Shown piece by piece: positions 25,956-36,359 of a stretch of 64,000 bases of DNA. Origin of the DNA: a virus. A program made the translations under genes and the position numbers. Position 1 is the first letter of the stretch. The number at the start of each line of letters is the position of its first letter. The DNA is taken from the IMG/VR virus record IMGVR_UViG_3300042566_000599, positions 32,346-96,345 of that record. The stretch is one strand, 5' to 3'. Below the pieces are notes generated by a model. The model searched no databases. It saw only the letters and a program-made list of their open reading frames with translations, and had not been told where the DNA came from.

Positions 25956-26432
25956 CTATTGGCTCTCGGTGGATGTGATTTCCTTCCAGCGCTTTAATAA
26001 AGCCTCTGTAAGGTCTTCGTGTTGGCTCCACTCTACACGAGCAGAGCCAAGTAGGTTTCGCTTAGAAAACTCATCAACTGCAGACTCTATGAGATTGCGG
26101 GTATAAACCCGATTTCCTCCAGTCTTTTGACCTTTTAAAGTCTTAGACCTAAGTCGATACGGGGCACGTGGGATATATCCTTTGCGTTCCCATAAACGAA
26201 CAGTGACGATTGTCTTTTCCAATGCTTGTGCTAGTGCACCGATTGTAAAGACTTCTGTTTCTTTGCCTCCTAATGTTTTAACGATTGGGTTTTCATCCCA
26301 ACCATTAGTCTCACCGCTTTTACGGCGAGAAACTTTTGGGTCTGGTTCACGACGCTTCTTCTTTGAACCAGGAATGTATTCGAGGTCTTTAAAGGCCTCA
26401 TAAATCTCGTCTTCTCCTCTTAATCCTGGCAT
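25956..26432 (-). CDS. MerR-like HTH DNA-binding protein
   Basis: FTIGALAQALEKTIVTVRLWERKGYIP...R.YT; start after AAGGA RBS at 26432. Confidence 0.75.
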   Translation of the reverse strand: MPGLRGEDEIYEAFKDLEYIPGSKKKRREPDPKVSRRKSGETNGWDENPIVKTLGGKETEVFTIGALAQALEKTIVTVRLWERKGYIPRAPYRLRSKTLKGQKTGGNRVYTRNLIESAVDEFSKRNLLGSARVEWSQHEDLTEALLKRWKEITSTESQ

Positions 26433-26433
26433 G

Positions 26434-26574
26434 TTATTCCTTACGTAAAAACATTGGGACAATAGAGCCACATGGACAGATTGGCCGTTCTTTTTTTGAA
26501 GACAAATCAATATCAGTTGTGATTGTTAGAGTAGTCGTAGTGCATCCACCGCAATCAAATGTATAGGAATTCAT
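26434..26574 (-). CDS. 46-aa Zn-ribbon microprotein (not in ORF track)
   Basis: MNSYTFDCGGC...PICPCGSIVPMFLRKE; ATGA overlap. Confidence 0.6.
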   Translation of the reverse strand: MNSYTFDCGGCTTTTLTITTDIDLSSKKERPICPCGSIVPMFLRKE

Positions 26575-27011
26575 CGTTTGTTCATCACCAATGCCCACAC
26601 AACAGTTTGCGGATACATTTCGTCAACTTCTTCTTCAGTAAGTTCATCGCTGTAAAGGGATGCCATCAGTGCATCCTCATCAATTACTTCTACAGTCTTT
26701 ATCAACTTATCGCGTAAACCGCGTTCATCAATAATTTCAAACGCAACATCTTCATCAATCTTTCTAGTAACTCGACGCTGCTTTGTCATAGAAGTAAAGC
26801 CTTCAATTTCTTTTGGCAATTCAAAGATGATGTTTCCTTTGTCATCCTTTTCACCGCTGTCATCAATTACGGAGAAGAGGTCTTCACGTAAATCTTTCAT
26901 CTGTTGTTGAAAGTACTCAACTTGTTTTTTATAAAAAATGTACTGCTGTGCCTGTGAAAGGGTGTCGTCTTTGTCAACACCTCTTGGCTCTTGGTTTGCT
27001 ACGCGTGCCAT
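26571..27011 (-). CDS. Hypothetical coiled-coil protein
   Basis: 146 aa; GGAGG RBS. Confidence 0.7.
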   Translation of the reverse strand: MARVANQEPRGVDKDDTLSQAQQYIFYKKQVEYFQQQMKDLREDLFSVIDDSGEKDDKGNIIFELPKEIEGFTSMTKQRRVTRKIDEDVAFEIIDERGLRDKLIKTVEVIDEDALMASLYSDELTEEEVDEMYPQTVVWALVMNKR

Positions 27012-27019
27012 TACCCCTC

Positions 27020-28525
27020 CTACGATTTCATAAGGAAGTTCAAAAGACTTCCTACTGTTAAGTCTACACCACCACGAGAGTTGATTCCCGCACCGTCAAG
27101 TACGGCGTTAGCCACAGCGCCCTTCTGCTGGAGCATCTCATGTTGGCGTTCTTCTATTGAGTTTTTCATCAGTATATCCTGAATGGTGATAGTAGGCCAA
27201 CGGCTTGACGTACGCTTTATACGCCCATTTCTTTGAACCGCCAGACCAGCATTCCATGGCAGGTCATAGTTAATTAAAAGGTTTGCATTAGGCAGGTCTA
27301 CTCCATAGCCCCCAGCATCTGATGAAATAAAGACCCTACATTCTGGGTCAGTTAAAAACTTTTCTTTGCTCCTTTCTTTTTCTTTGGAATTCATTTCTCC
27401 TGTATAAATTGTTCCTCCAAGTTTGTCAAAGATTAAAGCGACGGCATCAAGGTAAGAAGTGAATACGACTATCTTTGCATCTGGGTCGGTCTCTAGATGT
27501 TCTTTGGCGTAGTCTACAAGAACGTCTAATTTGGGAGATTTAGCGCCTTGAAGTTTTACATGACCTTCCGCTACTAAATACTGAGCATATTGAGACTCAC
27601 TACCTGCAAGAAGCAATGGACTGTCACAGACCATTCGCAGAGCGGTTATCTTTGACATTATCGACCCACGCATTAAGTCTGCAGGACTACCAGGCTTATA
27701 CCCCTCCCCATAATGTGCAGCGATGGAAAAACTTGCACCCAACAATTGCTTTGCTTCTACTAGTTCATTCATTAGTTCTTCTGCAATGAAGTGATACAAC
27801 TTGCGACCAGTCGAATCAAAAGGAACAAGCAGAGGGTCACGGTTAATAACGCTAGGAAGGTGAGGGGCTACATCAGGGTCTGTCTGTACCTTCCTTACAG
27901 AACAAGCCTTCATCTTTTCGTGAAAAATAGGAAGATTACGGTAACGCTGCACTCCACCGAAGTGATTGCGAACAATAAAGGTTTGGTCAAATAAATCAAA
28001 ACGACCAAGAAGAGTTGGATTAACAAACTGCATAATGCTATACAACTCTTCTGGCCTACCATTTTCGATAGGTGTTCCTGTTAGAGCAAACTTAATAGAA
28101 ACGCTACGAGATAGTTCCTTGACCTTTTTGGAGCGCTTAGACTTAAATCCCTTTATAGCCGTGGCTTCGTCGCAGACGATTGCGTCCAAATATAGGTTTT
28201 TTACTATATCCCAGTCATTAACGATGGACTCGTAATTAGTGATTAAATACCTAGCATTGGAGGAGTATTGAGCCTCTCTAGTCTTCTTATTACCATCAAT
28301 GACCTGAACTGTAGAATCAGAAAACTTCTTTATTTCTTTTTCCCACTGATACTTAAGACTCGATAAAGCAACCACAAGAACCTTTTTAGGCGATAGTTGT
28401 TCAAGTGCTGCAATCGTCATGCAGGTTTTACCAAGACCCATCTCATAAGCAACTAACATCCTTTTCTCGCCAACCATACGACTGACTGCTTCTACCTGAT
28501 AAGGTTTTAAGGTTCCGTTAAACAA
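27020..28525 (-). CDS. SNF2-family helicase
   Basis: EMGLGKT, CDEA, LTGTPIEN, YDLPWN, QRNGRI.R. Confidence 0.9.
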   Translation of the reverse strand: MFNGTLKPYQVEAVSRMVGEKRMLVAYEMGLGKTCMTIAALEQLSPKKVLVVALSSLKYQWEKEIKKFSDSTVQVIDGNKKTREAQYSSNARYLITNYESIVNDWDIVKNLYLDAIVCDEATAIKGFKSKRSKKVKELSRSVSIKFALTGTPIENGRPEELYSIMQFVNPTLLGRFDLFDQTFIVRNHFGGVQRYRNLPIFHEKMKACSVRKVQTDPDVAPHLPSVINRDPLLVPFDSTGRKLYHFIAEELMNELVEAKQLLGASFSIAAHYGEGYKPGSPADLMRGSIMSKITALRMVCDSPLLLAGSESQYAQYLVAEGHVKLQGAKSPKLDVLVDYAKEHLETDPDAKIVVFTSYLDAVALIFDKLGGTIYTGEMNSKEKERSKEKFLTDPECRVFISSDAGGYGVDLPNANLLINYDLPWNAGLAVQRNGRIKRTSSRWPTITIQDILMKNSIEERQHEMLQQKGAVANAVLDGAGINSRGGVDLTVGSLLNFLMKS

Positions 28526-29453
28526 AGAATGCCTCTTTGCCTAATACGTAAGACTTGGCGTTCTCAATACCCTGATGAATCTCATTAATAGTCATGTCAC
28601 CTGGGTCTTTTACATCAATGCCCTTGTAATCAAAAAAGAACAAGTTCAAACCATACTTTCGAGCATAAGGACGCATTGATTCTGCAGCCTTCAACCCCGC
28701 CTCATCTTTATCAAAAGCAGCAATTACTTTGTCCGCTCTTCGCATAATCTTTGCTTGGTCTTCGCTAACTATTGCGCCAAAAGTAGATACAGCACCCTCA
28801 ACACCAGCACAACGAAGACGTACAACATCTAATGGAGATTCAACAACCACAAGAATGTCGGTTGCCATTACCTCGACACCAAATACTGTTTTTGACTTTT
28901 TAACTCCCGTTGGTTGATTGCGAAAGAAGCGGCCCGAAGCACCCTTCTCTTGCCATCCCATTAACTCGTGTGTATCAGGATTACGGATAGGAAGAATCCA
29001 TGCTGAGTTGTTTACATCCCAAAATACTCCGTGATGTTTTGCTGCTTCTGCAGTTAAAAATCTTTTCTTTAACTCTAATGCGGGAGGCTCTGAGTAGACG
29101 GCCAAACGAGCCTCTGACATGCCGATTGGCTCTGCTTCTGGCTGTACATATTGTGGCAAGTCTTTAATACGGCGTAATAAAGCATCTATGGGAAATTCTT
29201 CTTGACCATCAATAAACTCTTTTGCGTCGTGGTAATCAATGCCGCGCAAATCACGAACAAGCGTGTATAAGTTTCCCTTGTAACCGCAAGAAAAACAAAT
29301 GTGTGCACCAGTCATAATGTTTATCCACCATGATGGGTGGTGGTCTTCTTTTCCTGTGCGCTTCTTGTGCATAGGACAAAGGCCGTTAACCTCATCACCA
29401 CGTTGCGCTGCAAGAGGTAAATCAAGTGATAGGAGAACCTTCTCTACATCCAT
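28518..29453 (-). CDS. dnaG: DNA primase (Zn finger + TOPRIM)
   Basis: CPMH...CFSCG; VVESPLD; FDKDEAG; DPGD; coupled start at 29453. Confidence 0.85.
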   Translation of the reverse strand: MDVEKVLLSLDLPLAAQRGDEVNGLCPMHKKRTGKEDHHPSWWINIMTGAHICFSCGYKGNLYTLVRDLRGIDYHDAKEFIDGQEEFPIDALLRRIKDLPQYVQPEAEPIGMSEARLAVYSEPPALELKKRFLTAEAAKHHGVFWDVNNSAWILPIRNPDTHELMGWQEKGASGRFFRNQPTGVKKSKTVFGVEVMATDILVVVESPLDVVRLRCAGVEGAVSTFGAIVSEDQAKIMRRADKVIAAFDKDEAGLKAAESMRPYARKYGLNLFFFDYKGIDVKDPGDMTINEIHQGIENAKSYVLGKEAFFV

Positions 29454-30700
29454 CACTTGCTCCAATTCATGCAGTATGCGCACTTAGTCATGAAGGACTC
29501 ATCATGAAAGCACCCAGTCTCCCAACGCCAAGTAATCGCAGTCTCACTTGGAGGACAGTTACGTGATTGAACAATCTTTAAAAGCCTAATCTCTTCATCC
29601 TCTTCTACTGGCTCAAGGCCAAGGATTACATCTGAGTCTTGGAAGAAGGAAGACGAGTAACCAATTGAGTCTGCAGTCACCTTTCCAGCACGCATCTTCC
29701 ATAGAAGAGTTTGAGTAGTAATAACTACTGGCTTATTTATCTTCTGAGCCAGCCTCTTTAGTGCACGTGTTATGTTAGTGATTGCTTGAGGTGTGTTCAT
29801 TTCACCAGTAATCTCATCAAGCATCAAGTAGACACCGTCTACAAACACAATGTCAGGACTGCACTGCTCAATCTTTGCTGATAAAGCAGACACAGTAATA
29901 CCGTTAACGGCATCTACCAAATGGAATGAGTGCTCCTTCTCCATGGCGTTTAAAGTATCGATGTAACGAGATTCTTCTGCTGGCAATAATTTTCCACGAC
30001 GCAGACGGCCATGAGATATGTGGGAACGCATCGCATCGTGACGCTGCTGTTGCTCGTGATTGTTCATCTCAAAGGATTGGAACATAGGGGTGTATCCCAA
30101 TGTGTGAATGTTTATTGCAACCTGAAGAGCAATCTGAGACTTACCAGTCTTTGGTGGAGCAATGACCGTGATTAATTGTCCGCCTTGCAGTCCCGCTGTT
30201 GCTTCATCAATCTTTTCAAACCCTGTTGGTATTCCTAAAAACTTTTTATCTTGTAACGCTTTGTATTCTGCGTAGCGTTCTTCAGTGTTCTTTGACAAGT
30301 CAACTTCATGAGTGCCAAGTACGCCCTGTTCATTAACTTTTGCAATCGCCTGCTCCATAGCAAGAAGAGCAGCATCATGATTGTTGTCTTGCAGTAACTC
30401 GACCGCGTTCTCTAAACCTTGACGAGTAAGTAGTCGACGGCGGAAGTCGACCATCGTGTCTAGTAGATACTCAACGGAGTCTTCTACATCAAGAATCTTG
30501 TAATTTGGGTAATGGTCTTTGACTGTTACGCCAGTTGGAACTTCACGATATTCGCTGTAGTGCTTGCGAACAAAACTCCATACCTTGCGATTGTCTTCGT
30601 CTAAAAACCATCCGTCTTGAACACCTCGTGAAAGGGCAGGGACGATGTCACGGTCACGAATTACTTTACTGACCAGACGGTGTTCGTTATCTGCTGCCAT
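29453..30700 (-). CDS. dnaB: DnaB-like replicative helicase
   Basis: GIPTGF..ID..T.G, APPKTGKS, FEM, VFVDG, QDSD. Confidence 0.9.
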   Translation of the reverse strand: MAADNEHRLVSKVIRDRDIVPALSRGVQDGWFLDEDNRKVWSFVRKHYSEYREVPTGVTVKDHYPNYKILDVEDSVEYLLDTMVDFRRRLLTRQGLENAVELLQDNNHDAALLAMEQAIAKVNEQGVLGTHEVDLSKNTEERYAEYKALQDKKFLGIPTGFEKIDEATAGLQGGQLITVIAPPKTGKSQIALQVAINIHTLGYTPMFQSFEMNNHEQQQRHDAMRSHISHGRLRRGKLLPAEESRYIDTLNAMEKEHSFHLVDAVNGITVSALSAKIEQCSPDIVFVDGVYLMLDEITGEMNTPQAITNITRALKRLAQKINKPVVITTQTLLWKMRAGKVTADSIGYSSSFFQDSDVILGLEPVEEDEEIRLLKIVQSRNCPPSETAITWRWETGCFHDESFMTKCAYCMNWSK

Positions 30701-30717
30701 ATCGCCCCCTCAAGGCT

Positions 30718-31134
30718 CTAAAGATTGGCTAGTTCTACTCCTGCTGAACCATATCGCGCAACTCGGTCGGGCTTGTCGATAACGCCCTTCAAATTTGGTC
30801 GATACGGAAGTGTTGCGACTAACTCATCTACACTCTCGTACAACTGCCAGTAGTTAAACGGGTTAACTACACGACGCTCTAACTTTTCAAAAGATTTTTC
30901 AAGAAGTTCTTCTGTCCAACCTTCTGTCTCAAAACCAGCAAGTTCTAAGGAAATGCCGTAGTTGTTAGCAAGTATCCACAATCTGTTGGCTCCAAGCAAA
31001 TCGACTTCGCCAAGTTTATAGGTAATCTTCTTACCTAGTAGCCGACGTGTCTCTTCTTCAACTAATTTAATTACTACATCAGTAGTAGCAATAACTTGTG
31101 GAGAGGAGACATTTGATATGTCTCCGTTTTTCAT
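30718..31134 (-). CDS. Hypothetical protein
   Basis: 138 aa; ATGA coupling. Confidence 0.7.
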   Translation of the reverse strand: MKNGDISNVSSPQVIATTDVVIKLVEEETRRLLGKKITYKLGEVDLLGANRLWILANNYGISLELAGFETEGWTEELLEKSFEKLERRVVNPFNYWQLYESVDELVATLPYRPNLKGVIDKPDRVARYGSAGVELANL

Positions 31135-31439
31135 AGTACTTCTATCTTAGCGTACTTTAAAACAAACTCACGAAACTTCTCCGCAGTATCGCTTGCGTCT
31201 AGCGCAAGTTCCTCAGGAATCTCTTCGGGCACAAGAATGGAGTAGTGCCCATCGTTCATGTACATACGGTCATCAACAAAGCGAACATGCTTGCAATTAA
31301 ACGTCTTCTTCCACTTTGGACAATTGCATCGAAGTTTTTTACTGTCAGTGTCGAGTTCGACTTCGAAAATTCCAGCAGCCTGCGCAGAGATGAACAGTTG
31401 TACTGTTCTCCACGAAGCCTTCACGCTGCCGCCTTTCAC
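31131..31439 (-). CDS. SWIM-type Zn-finger protein
   Basis: CNCP....CKH. Confidence 0.7.
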   Translation of the reverse strand: MKGGSVKASWRTVQLFISAQAAGIFEVELDTDSKKLRCNCPKWKKTFNCKHVRFVDDRMYMNDGHYSILVPEEIPEELALDASDTAEKFREFVLKYAKIEVL

Positions 31440-32158
31440 TGTGCACCCCTCAAATCAGAACCAAAAATTGGAACACGTACGAATGCTTCTTGAGCAAAAC
31501 TGCCCATCGCTTCACTGTACTTGTCATTCCAGTTTTCCAGCATAACGTTCGTTGTCACAATAGTGGGCAACGCCTTGTCATACCTTGCACGAAGTATCTC
31601 ATCAAAGGACGCATCGTCGTACTTTGAACCATACTCTTTTCCTAAGTCATCTATGACGAGTATTCGTACGTTCAAAAAGTCAAACTTTGAACGCCCATGA
31701 AGCCCATCTAGTTCGTAAACCATCTGCTTCTTGTCTTCTGGGTCCGCGTCAAATGTCGACTTCTTCTTTGACAAAAACTCAGGGTAAGTCATGTAGTAGA
31801 TAGGACGAGCATTTAATCCGTAATCAGTTGCACTCATACCCAAAATTTTACGAGACTCATCATCATCATCTGGAAGTCGTCTAATAACCTCCATAGCAGC
31901 CACAACTGCATGAGTTGTCTTACCAATGCCAGGGCCACCATCAAACAGCATTCCTACGCCAGTTGTGCCGATGTTTCCCACTTGCTTTATAACAAGGCCG
32001 TTAGCGACGTCACCAATCCACTGGTCATACTCAAGAGGAACCTCTCCTGAACGCTCAACTAAATCCGCAATTTCAAGACCAAGAAAACGACGCGGAATAT
32101 TTGAAGTACGTAATAACCAATGCTTTTTTAAAGATGAAAGTTGATTGACGTCATACAC
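31436..32158 (-). CDS. DnaC/IstB-like AAA+ helicase loader
   Basis: GGPGIGKT, LVIDDLGKE, PTIVTTN; GTG start inferred. Confidence 0.85.
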   Translation of the reverse strand: MYDVNQLSSLKKHWLLRTSNIPRRFLGLEIADLVERSGEVPLEYDQWIGDVANGLVIKQVGNIGTTGVGMLFDGGPGIGKTTHAVVAAMEVIRRLPDDDDESRKILGMSATDYGLNARPIYYMTYPEFLSKKKSTFDADPEDKKQMVYELDGLHGRSKFDFLNVRILVIDDLGKEYGSKYDDASFDEILRARYDKALPTIVTTNVMLENWNDKYSEAMGSFAQEAFVRVPIFGSDLRGAQ

Positions 32159-33131
32159 TATTAGATTCCCCCTGTATCTTCTTTTCATAGCGCTCTAACT
32201 GCGCTCTTCCAGACATAGAGTTTTGAAACTCTCGTCCATCACTTGCGGTTAGAGTTGCCATCTTAACAGTTGGCGTTTTCTCTTGTGCAACTCGACCAAG
32301 TCCTAAACTCTCTCTGGCTTGGTTCATCTTCTTGCCAAATGACGCTAAGTAAAGTTTATAAAGGCTTGGAGCCTCGTCACCAATCTGCTTAAAGTTACGT
32401 TCATCAACCATAAACAGACGAAGCAACTCAAGTTCTATGAGAGCGGTTGTTCCGTATTGTTTTCTAAACTTTGACAGTGCTCCTGACAGCGCTCTGACAT
32501 TGACGGTTCCTGGGAGGAGGGGATACTTGCGCCCAACCCGAAAAGAAAACTCTGCAGCGACATCCATTGGGGTCCACTCATGCTCTGGACGCTTGCCGCG
32601 TGTTTTCGGGTCGCGTTTAGAGATTTTCTGCGTTGGTGCATCTTTTGGTTCAATGAGTCCAAAGCCTGCCAAGTCGTCGCCATCGTCATAGTTTTTCATA
32701 GGAACCTTCACTTCCTTTAGTGAAACACCTTCGGTGTTTCTAAGTTCTTTTAATTGATTACTATTTTGGCTATTAGGTACTAATGGCTTATTAGTAGATT
32801 GGCTACGTGGACTATTAGTCACGTAGTCATGTGAGGTGCGGTAATTTGAGTCCTCTTCAGCGCGGTAATTTGAGTCCTGTATCTCAATCATGAGTAGGCT
32901 GTTGAATCCGTTGGCACGTCGAGTCGGAGAGGTCTTAATGAGGCCCTGCTTCTCAAGTTCCTTAAGAGCCCTTCTAACGGTCTTATCGGACTTCTTGTCA
33001 GTCTCTCTACCCAAAGCCTCTATTGAGGCCTTAAAACGGCCTCTGGAGCCCGAAAAACGGCATAGTACGACCAACAGTCGGAACTGATAGTCGGTTAATT
33101 GGGCGGTAAACGCCTCCTGAGGGATTTTCAC
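32151..33131 (-). CDS. Replication initiator with N-terminal winged HTH
   Basis: SIEALGRET..S.KTVRRALKELEKQGLI; upstream of loader; internal iterons. Confidence 0.7.
   Translation of the reverse strand: MKIPQEAFTAQLTDYQFRLLVVLCRFSGSRGRFKASIEALGRETDKKSDKTVRRALKELEKQGLIKTSPTRRANGFNSLLMIEIQDSNYRAEEDSNYRTSHDYVTNSPRSQSTNKPLVPNSQNSNQLKELRNTEGVSLKEVKVPMKNYDDGDDLAGFGLIEPKDAPTQKISKRDPKTRGKRPEHEWTPMDVAAEFSFRVGRKYPLLPGTVNVRALSGALSKFRKQYGTTALIELELLRLFMVDERNFKQIGDEAPSLYKLYLASFGKKMNQARESLGLGRVAQEKTPTVKMATLTASDGREFQNSMSGRAQLERYEKKIQGESNSV
32750..32878. other. Putative replication origin (iterons plus AT-rich tract)
   Basis: GCGGTAATTTGAGTCCT at 32838-32854 and 32862-32878; adjacent AT-rich CTATT/TATTAG repeats. 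Confidence 0.55.
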
Positions 33132-33140
33132 GGGCGAACT

Positions 33141-33716
33141 CTACTCGCCAAATGGGTCGATGTCTTTTTTGCCCATATCTTCTCTCAAGCGGTCTTCTAC
33201 GGCTTTTGAGAGGGTGTCTAGAACACCGCTGGTGATGTAGTTAGCAAAGGATTCGATAAAGTTAGATAAGGCTTCCTGCATCTCTTCATACAGCAGGTCA
33301 GACTCCTCGTCGTCAAACTCGACCTCGATAAGTTCCAGTCCGTCTTCAATATTCCAGGTCTCCAATGCTAGGTCCTCAACTGCATGAAGAAGTAGATGCG
33401 CCTCAGTAGTGTCTTCCCAAACCATTGCAAGAATATCCTCGGCGGTTATTTCTCTTGTTATTTCTTTTCTAGGGTTGTTACACATAGTTATGTCTTGCGC
33501 ACGAACTACAAGCGTATCTATCTGTTTATCACCGTCTGTAAAAAATAAATGAAACTTAACCCCCGTCTCATTTAACACTTCTTCAATTGAGGCGTTAAAC
33601 AATGGCAAGTTCATTACTGGAAACACAACTAGAGCATCTGGGTTTAAGTTTATGAGACGTCGTAATCCGTCTTTTACGTCGCCATCTTTATACGGCAAAA
33701 CAATAATCTTTTTCAT
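33141..33716 (-). CDS. Hypothetical acidic protein
   Basis: 191 aa; GGAGG RBS. Confidence 0.7.
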   Translation of the reverse strand: MKKIIVLPYKDGDVKDGLRRLINLNPDALVVFPVMNLPLFNASIEEVLNETGVKFHLFFTDGDKQIDTLVVRAQDITMCNNPRKEITREITAEDILAMVWEDTTEAHLLLHAVEDLALETWNIEDGLELIEVEFDDEESDLLYEEMQEALSNFIESFANYITSGVLDTLSKAVEDRLREDMGKKDIDPFGE

Positions 33717-33724
33717 GGCCCCTC

Positions 33725-33997
33725 CTACAAACGTGTCAACCTCTGTTGAACCGTCATCGGTTTGTTTAAGTACTTGGTTAGTACCAAGGAGACAAAGGTA
33801 GCGGCTGGGACCAAAATCACCAAGTTGAGATGCAGCCCATACAAGACGTACATGGCTCCAAAACTTAATGGTGGAGCAAAGAAAATGTTTATACTGGACT
33901 TACCAATCCATGTCCCAAGAAGGGTTATGTCGAGAAGTTCTAGAACGTAGGTTACGGCAAAGCCTGTAAGCACTACTGCAATGAGGAGGTCTGTCAT
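33725..33997 (-). CDS. Small membrane protein (holin-like)
   Basis: About three hydrophobic segments; basic C-terminus. Confidence 0.5.
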   Translation of the reverse strand: MTDLLIAVVLTGFAVTYVLELLDITLLGTWIGKSSINIFFAPPLSFGAMYVLYGLHLNLVILVPAATFVSLVLTKYLNKPMTVQQRLTRL

Positions 33998-34006
33998 AGG
34001 AGCATC

Positions 34007-35962
34007 CTATATGGACAGATTGGTGTATTCAACTCCGCTATAGGTCACTATGCGCCAGAAAGAGTTTGGCGGAACCCAGTCTATAAGTGTCTGAGAAAGT
34101 CTAGGTACCTTTAAGGCTTTTCCGTAGTACATGTGTGACGCAGACTCGTTTGCTGTACCTTCCCAAACAACGCCAAATTGAGAAGATAGATTTCCATCAA
34201 AGGGGTCAGTAGCAGTAAAACTAGCCTCTAACTGGAAAGAGTCAACATTGGCTGTCTCTCCTGATAAAGGGTCAACTTCAACGTTTAATGCAAAGTCTAA
34301 CTCTGTCAACACTTGAGAAGAGTCTACGTATGTAGTAACTGAGTATCTTTGCCAAGATGTTGAGAGGCTAATTGAGCCAGATATTTCTGCTTCAGTAATA
34401 TCTACAGCGTTATCTCTGGGTGTCAAGGTTACTGTAGCGTCAACAGGTGCAGACGCTACTGCGTAGAACGATAGTGTGAAGTACTTTTCAGCAACAGGAA
34501 CTGTATCAGTGGTGGTCTCTATCGTTGCTCCAGAGGAGATGTCTACTTGTAGAGACTCATCACTTGCAAGGATATCTAGAGGAACATTCGAGTCTAAAGT
34601 AAACGCGTCTGCTGTAATTGTCCACTCATTAGTAGTCCCTTCAAATGAAGGGTTCTTTATGTAGTTACTTTTATTTGGATTTAACAAAATGTTAATTGCT
34701 CTTGCTTCATCGAATGATTGGACATCTCCAGCATGCAAATCTACTTGGTCTACATAGTAAGTTCCAGCAGCACTAAATGCAAAACGTAAACTGGCATAAA
34801 CCGTATCTGTTGGGCTAGTTATGGTGGTCCACTTGCTCTGCCAAGTGTTATTTGCTGCAAGTGCTGTTGCTGTAGATGCGCTTAAAAAAGCACCGTCTTT
34901 GTCGTACCAACGCACAGACATAGTTATGTTTCCAGCACTTGTTGGAGATTTTCCTTGAAATCCAAAAGTGTACTCAGCCTCTTCCTCTACAGGAACGCCC
35001 TTAGTGATTGGCGCATCAGCACCTAAGTTTATTTGAGAGGAACTACTAGCAGCGATAATTTCACAGGTGTACGTTTCATCAATAACTTTTTCAGATGTAG
35101 GAGGCACTTGAGTTGTTACAGCATCTATGGTGCAGTTTGTTGTTTGCCAATTTCCAGTAGAGTCATAGAAAGTTGAGTCTTGAGCAGTTAGAAGTAAGTT
35201 TGTTGACACAGTTGTTGTCGGCGCATACCCAGTCAAAGCCTCTACGTATGTGTCAATCCCGCTTTTTAATCCCTTGCGGCTATACATGTACAGCGCTTCA
35301 CGCACTAGCCTCTTTTGACTACGCAAAGGAATGTTTGGTTCATAATCAAGCCCTACGTTAAAAGATTCTAAAGGAACTAAGGATGCTGGAGTTCTATCAA
35401 CAGCATGGTTAGGTCTTGCTAAATCTGTTTGAGTTAGCAGTTGCTCATATGTAAAGGACAGGCCGTCCATAAAAGAGAATAGTGCAGAAGTTTCATCAAC
35501 AATTCCAAGAGGACTTTGAATACTGCTTGTAAAAACTCTTGGAAGAGTGTTCATCATTCGTTCTTGCATATTGTGGTTTGTAGGGATTAAATCTGAGATT
35601 TGACCTGCAGAAACCCAATAGCCAGCGTCAATTAAGAGAAAGACCCTATAGAATACTTGTCTGCCACTTTCTAAGGCAGGAACTCCAACAGCATCTTCAG
35701 AATCTATGAAGTCGTCTCTAGAAACATTTCCCTCTGTCGCAGTCTCTTCCCAAAGAATTACTCCATCTTCAGCATGCTCGGGATATCCTGCTTGATTTCG
35801 TACAAGTCTAATTCGTGTAAATTCACCCGTAGGCGGTTGCCACGTAACATATGTTTTATGAAAATCTAAGACCGTTAAGGTCATTGGATTTACTGAATAA
35901 GCAAGTTTTGGTTTTAGACCGTAGGTATCTGTTCCATAGGTAAACCGACCATATTTAGCCAT
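34007..35962 (-). CDS. Baseplate wedge/tail protein with carbohydrate-binding-like domains
   Basis: LP.VF...LY.RKG...G motif of P2 gpI-like proteins; NPSFE and YVD.V beta-sandwich motifs. Confidence 0.7.
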   Translation of the reverse strand: MAKYGRFTYGTDTYGLKPKLAYSVNPMTLTVLDFHKTYVTWQPPTGEFTRIRLVRNQAGYPEHAEDGVILWEETATEGNVSRDDFIDSEDAVGVPALESGRQVFYRVFLLIDAGYWVSAGQISDLIPTNHNMQERMMNTLPRVFTSSIQSPLGIVDETSALFSFMDGLSFTYEQLLTQTDLARPNHAVDRTPASLVPLESFNVGLDYEPNIPLRSQKRLVREALYMYSRKGLKSGIDTYVEALTGYAPTTTVSTNLLLTAQDSTFYDSTGNWQTTNCTIDAVTTQVPPTSEKVIDETYTCEIIAASSSSQINLGADAPITKGVPVEEEAEYTFGFQGKSPTSAGNITMSVRWYDKDGAFLSASTATALAANNTWQSKWTTITSPTDTVYASLRFAFSAAGTYYVDQVDLHAGDVQSFDEARAINILLNPNKSNYIKNPSFEGTTNEWTITADAFTLDSNVPLDILASDESLQVDISSGATIETTTDTVPVAEKYFTLSFYAVASAPVDATVTLTPRDNAVDITEAEISGSISLSTSWQRYSVTTYVDSSQVLTELDFALNVEVDPLSGETANVDSFQLEASFTATDPFDGNLSSQFGVVWEGTANESASHMYYGKALKVPRLSQTLIDWVPPNSFWRIVTYSGVEYTNLSI

Positions 35963-35972
35963 TTACGTCCTC

Positions 35973-36359
35973 TTAAACCGACAAGTCGCCAGATAGTAAC
36001 CATTCATTTGAAGCAATCTTTATTAGTCTTGCTTCTCCATATTGAGCATCTATTTTTGTTTTTGAACCAGAAGATAAAAGCGTAACTCCTACAGCGCCTT
36101 CTACCTGCACCTGTCCAGTTCCTTTTTGTAAAAGAATAATTGTTTGACCGATATCAAAGTTTACAGAACTTTCTACAGGAACTGTAACAGATACGGTACT
36201 TGAGTTAGTAAAAACTAACGCTCTTCCAGCGTTTGCCAAGGTTAAAGGGTGAGAGGTACCTGATATGTTTACTACTTCTCTTTTTGTTGCATCGGTTATC
36301 GCGACTGCTAAGTCTATCCATTCAGAACCACTGTATACTTGCGCTGTTTTGTATGTCAT
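35973..36359 (-). CDS. Tail fibre-associated protein
   Basis: VTVP...F.IG..I..LQ.GTGQV...W.L.GDL motif. Confidence 0.65.
   Translation of the reverse strand: MTYKTAQVYSGSEWIDLAVAITDATKREVVNISGTSHPLTLANAGRALVFTNSSTVSVTVPVESSVNFDIGQTIILLQKGTGQVQVEGAVGVTLLSSGSKTKIDAQYGEARLIKIASNEWLLSGDLSV

Noticed and set aside
5904-30700. Inteins or introns in nrdJ, recA, polA, SNF2 and dnaB
   Set aside because: Lengths are normal and no C...HN splice ends or LAGLIDADG blocks were seen
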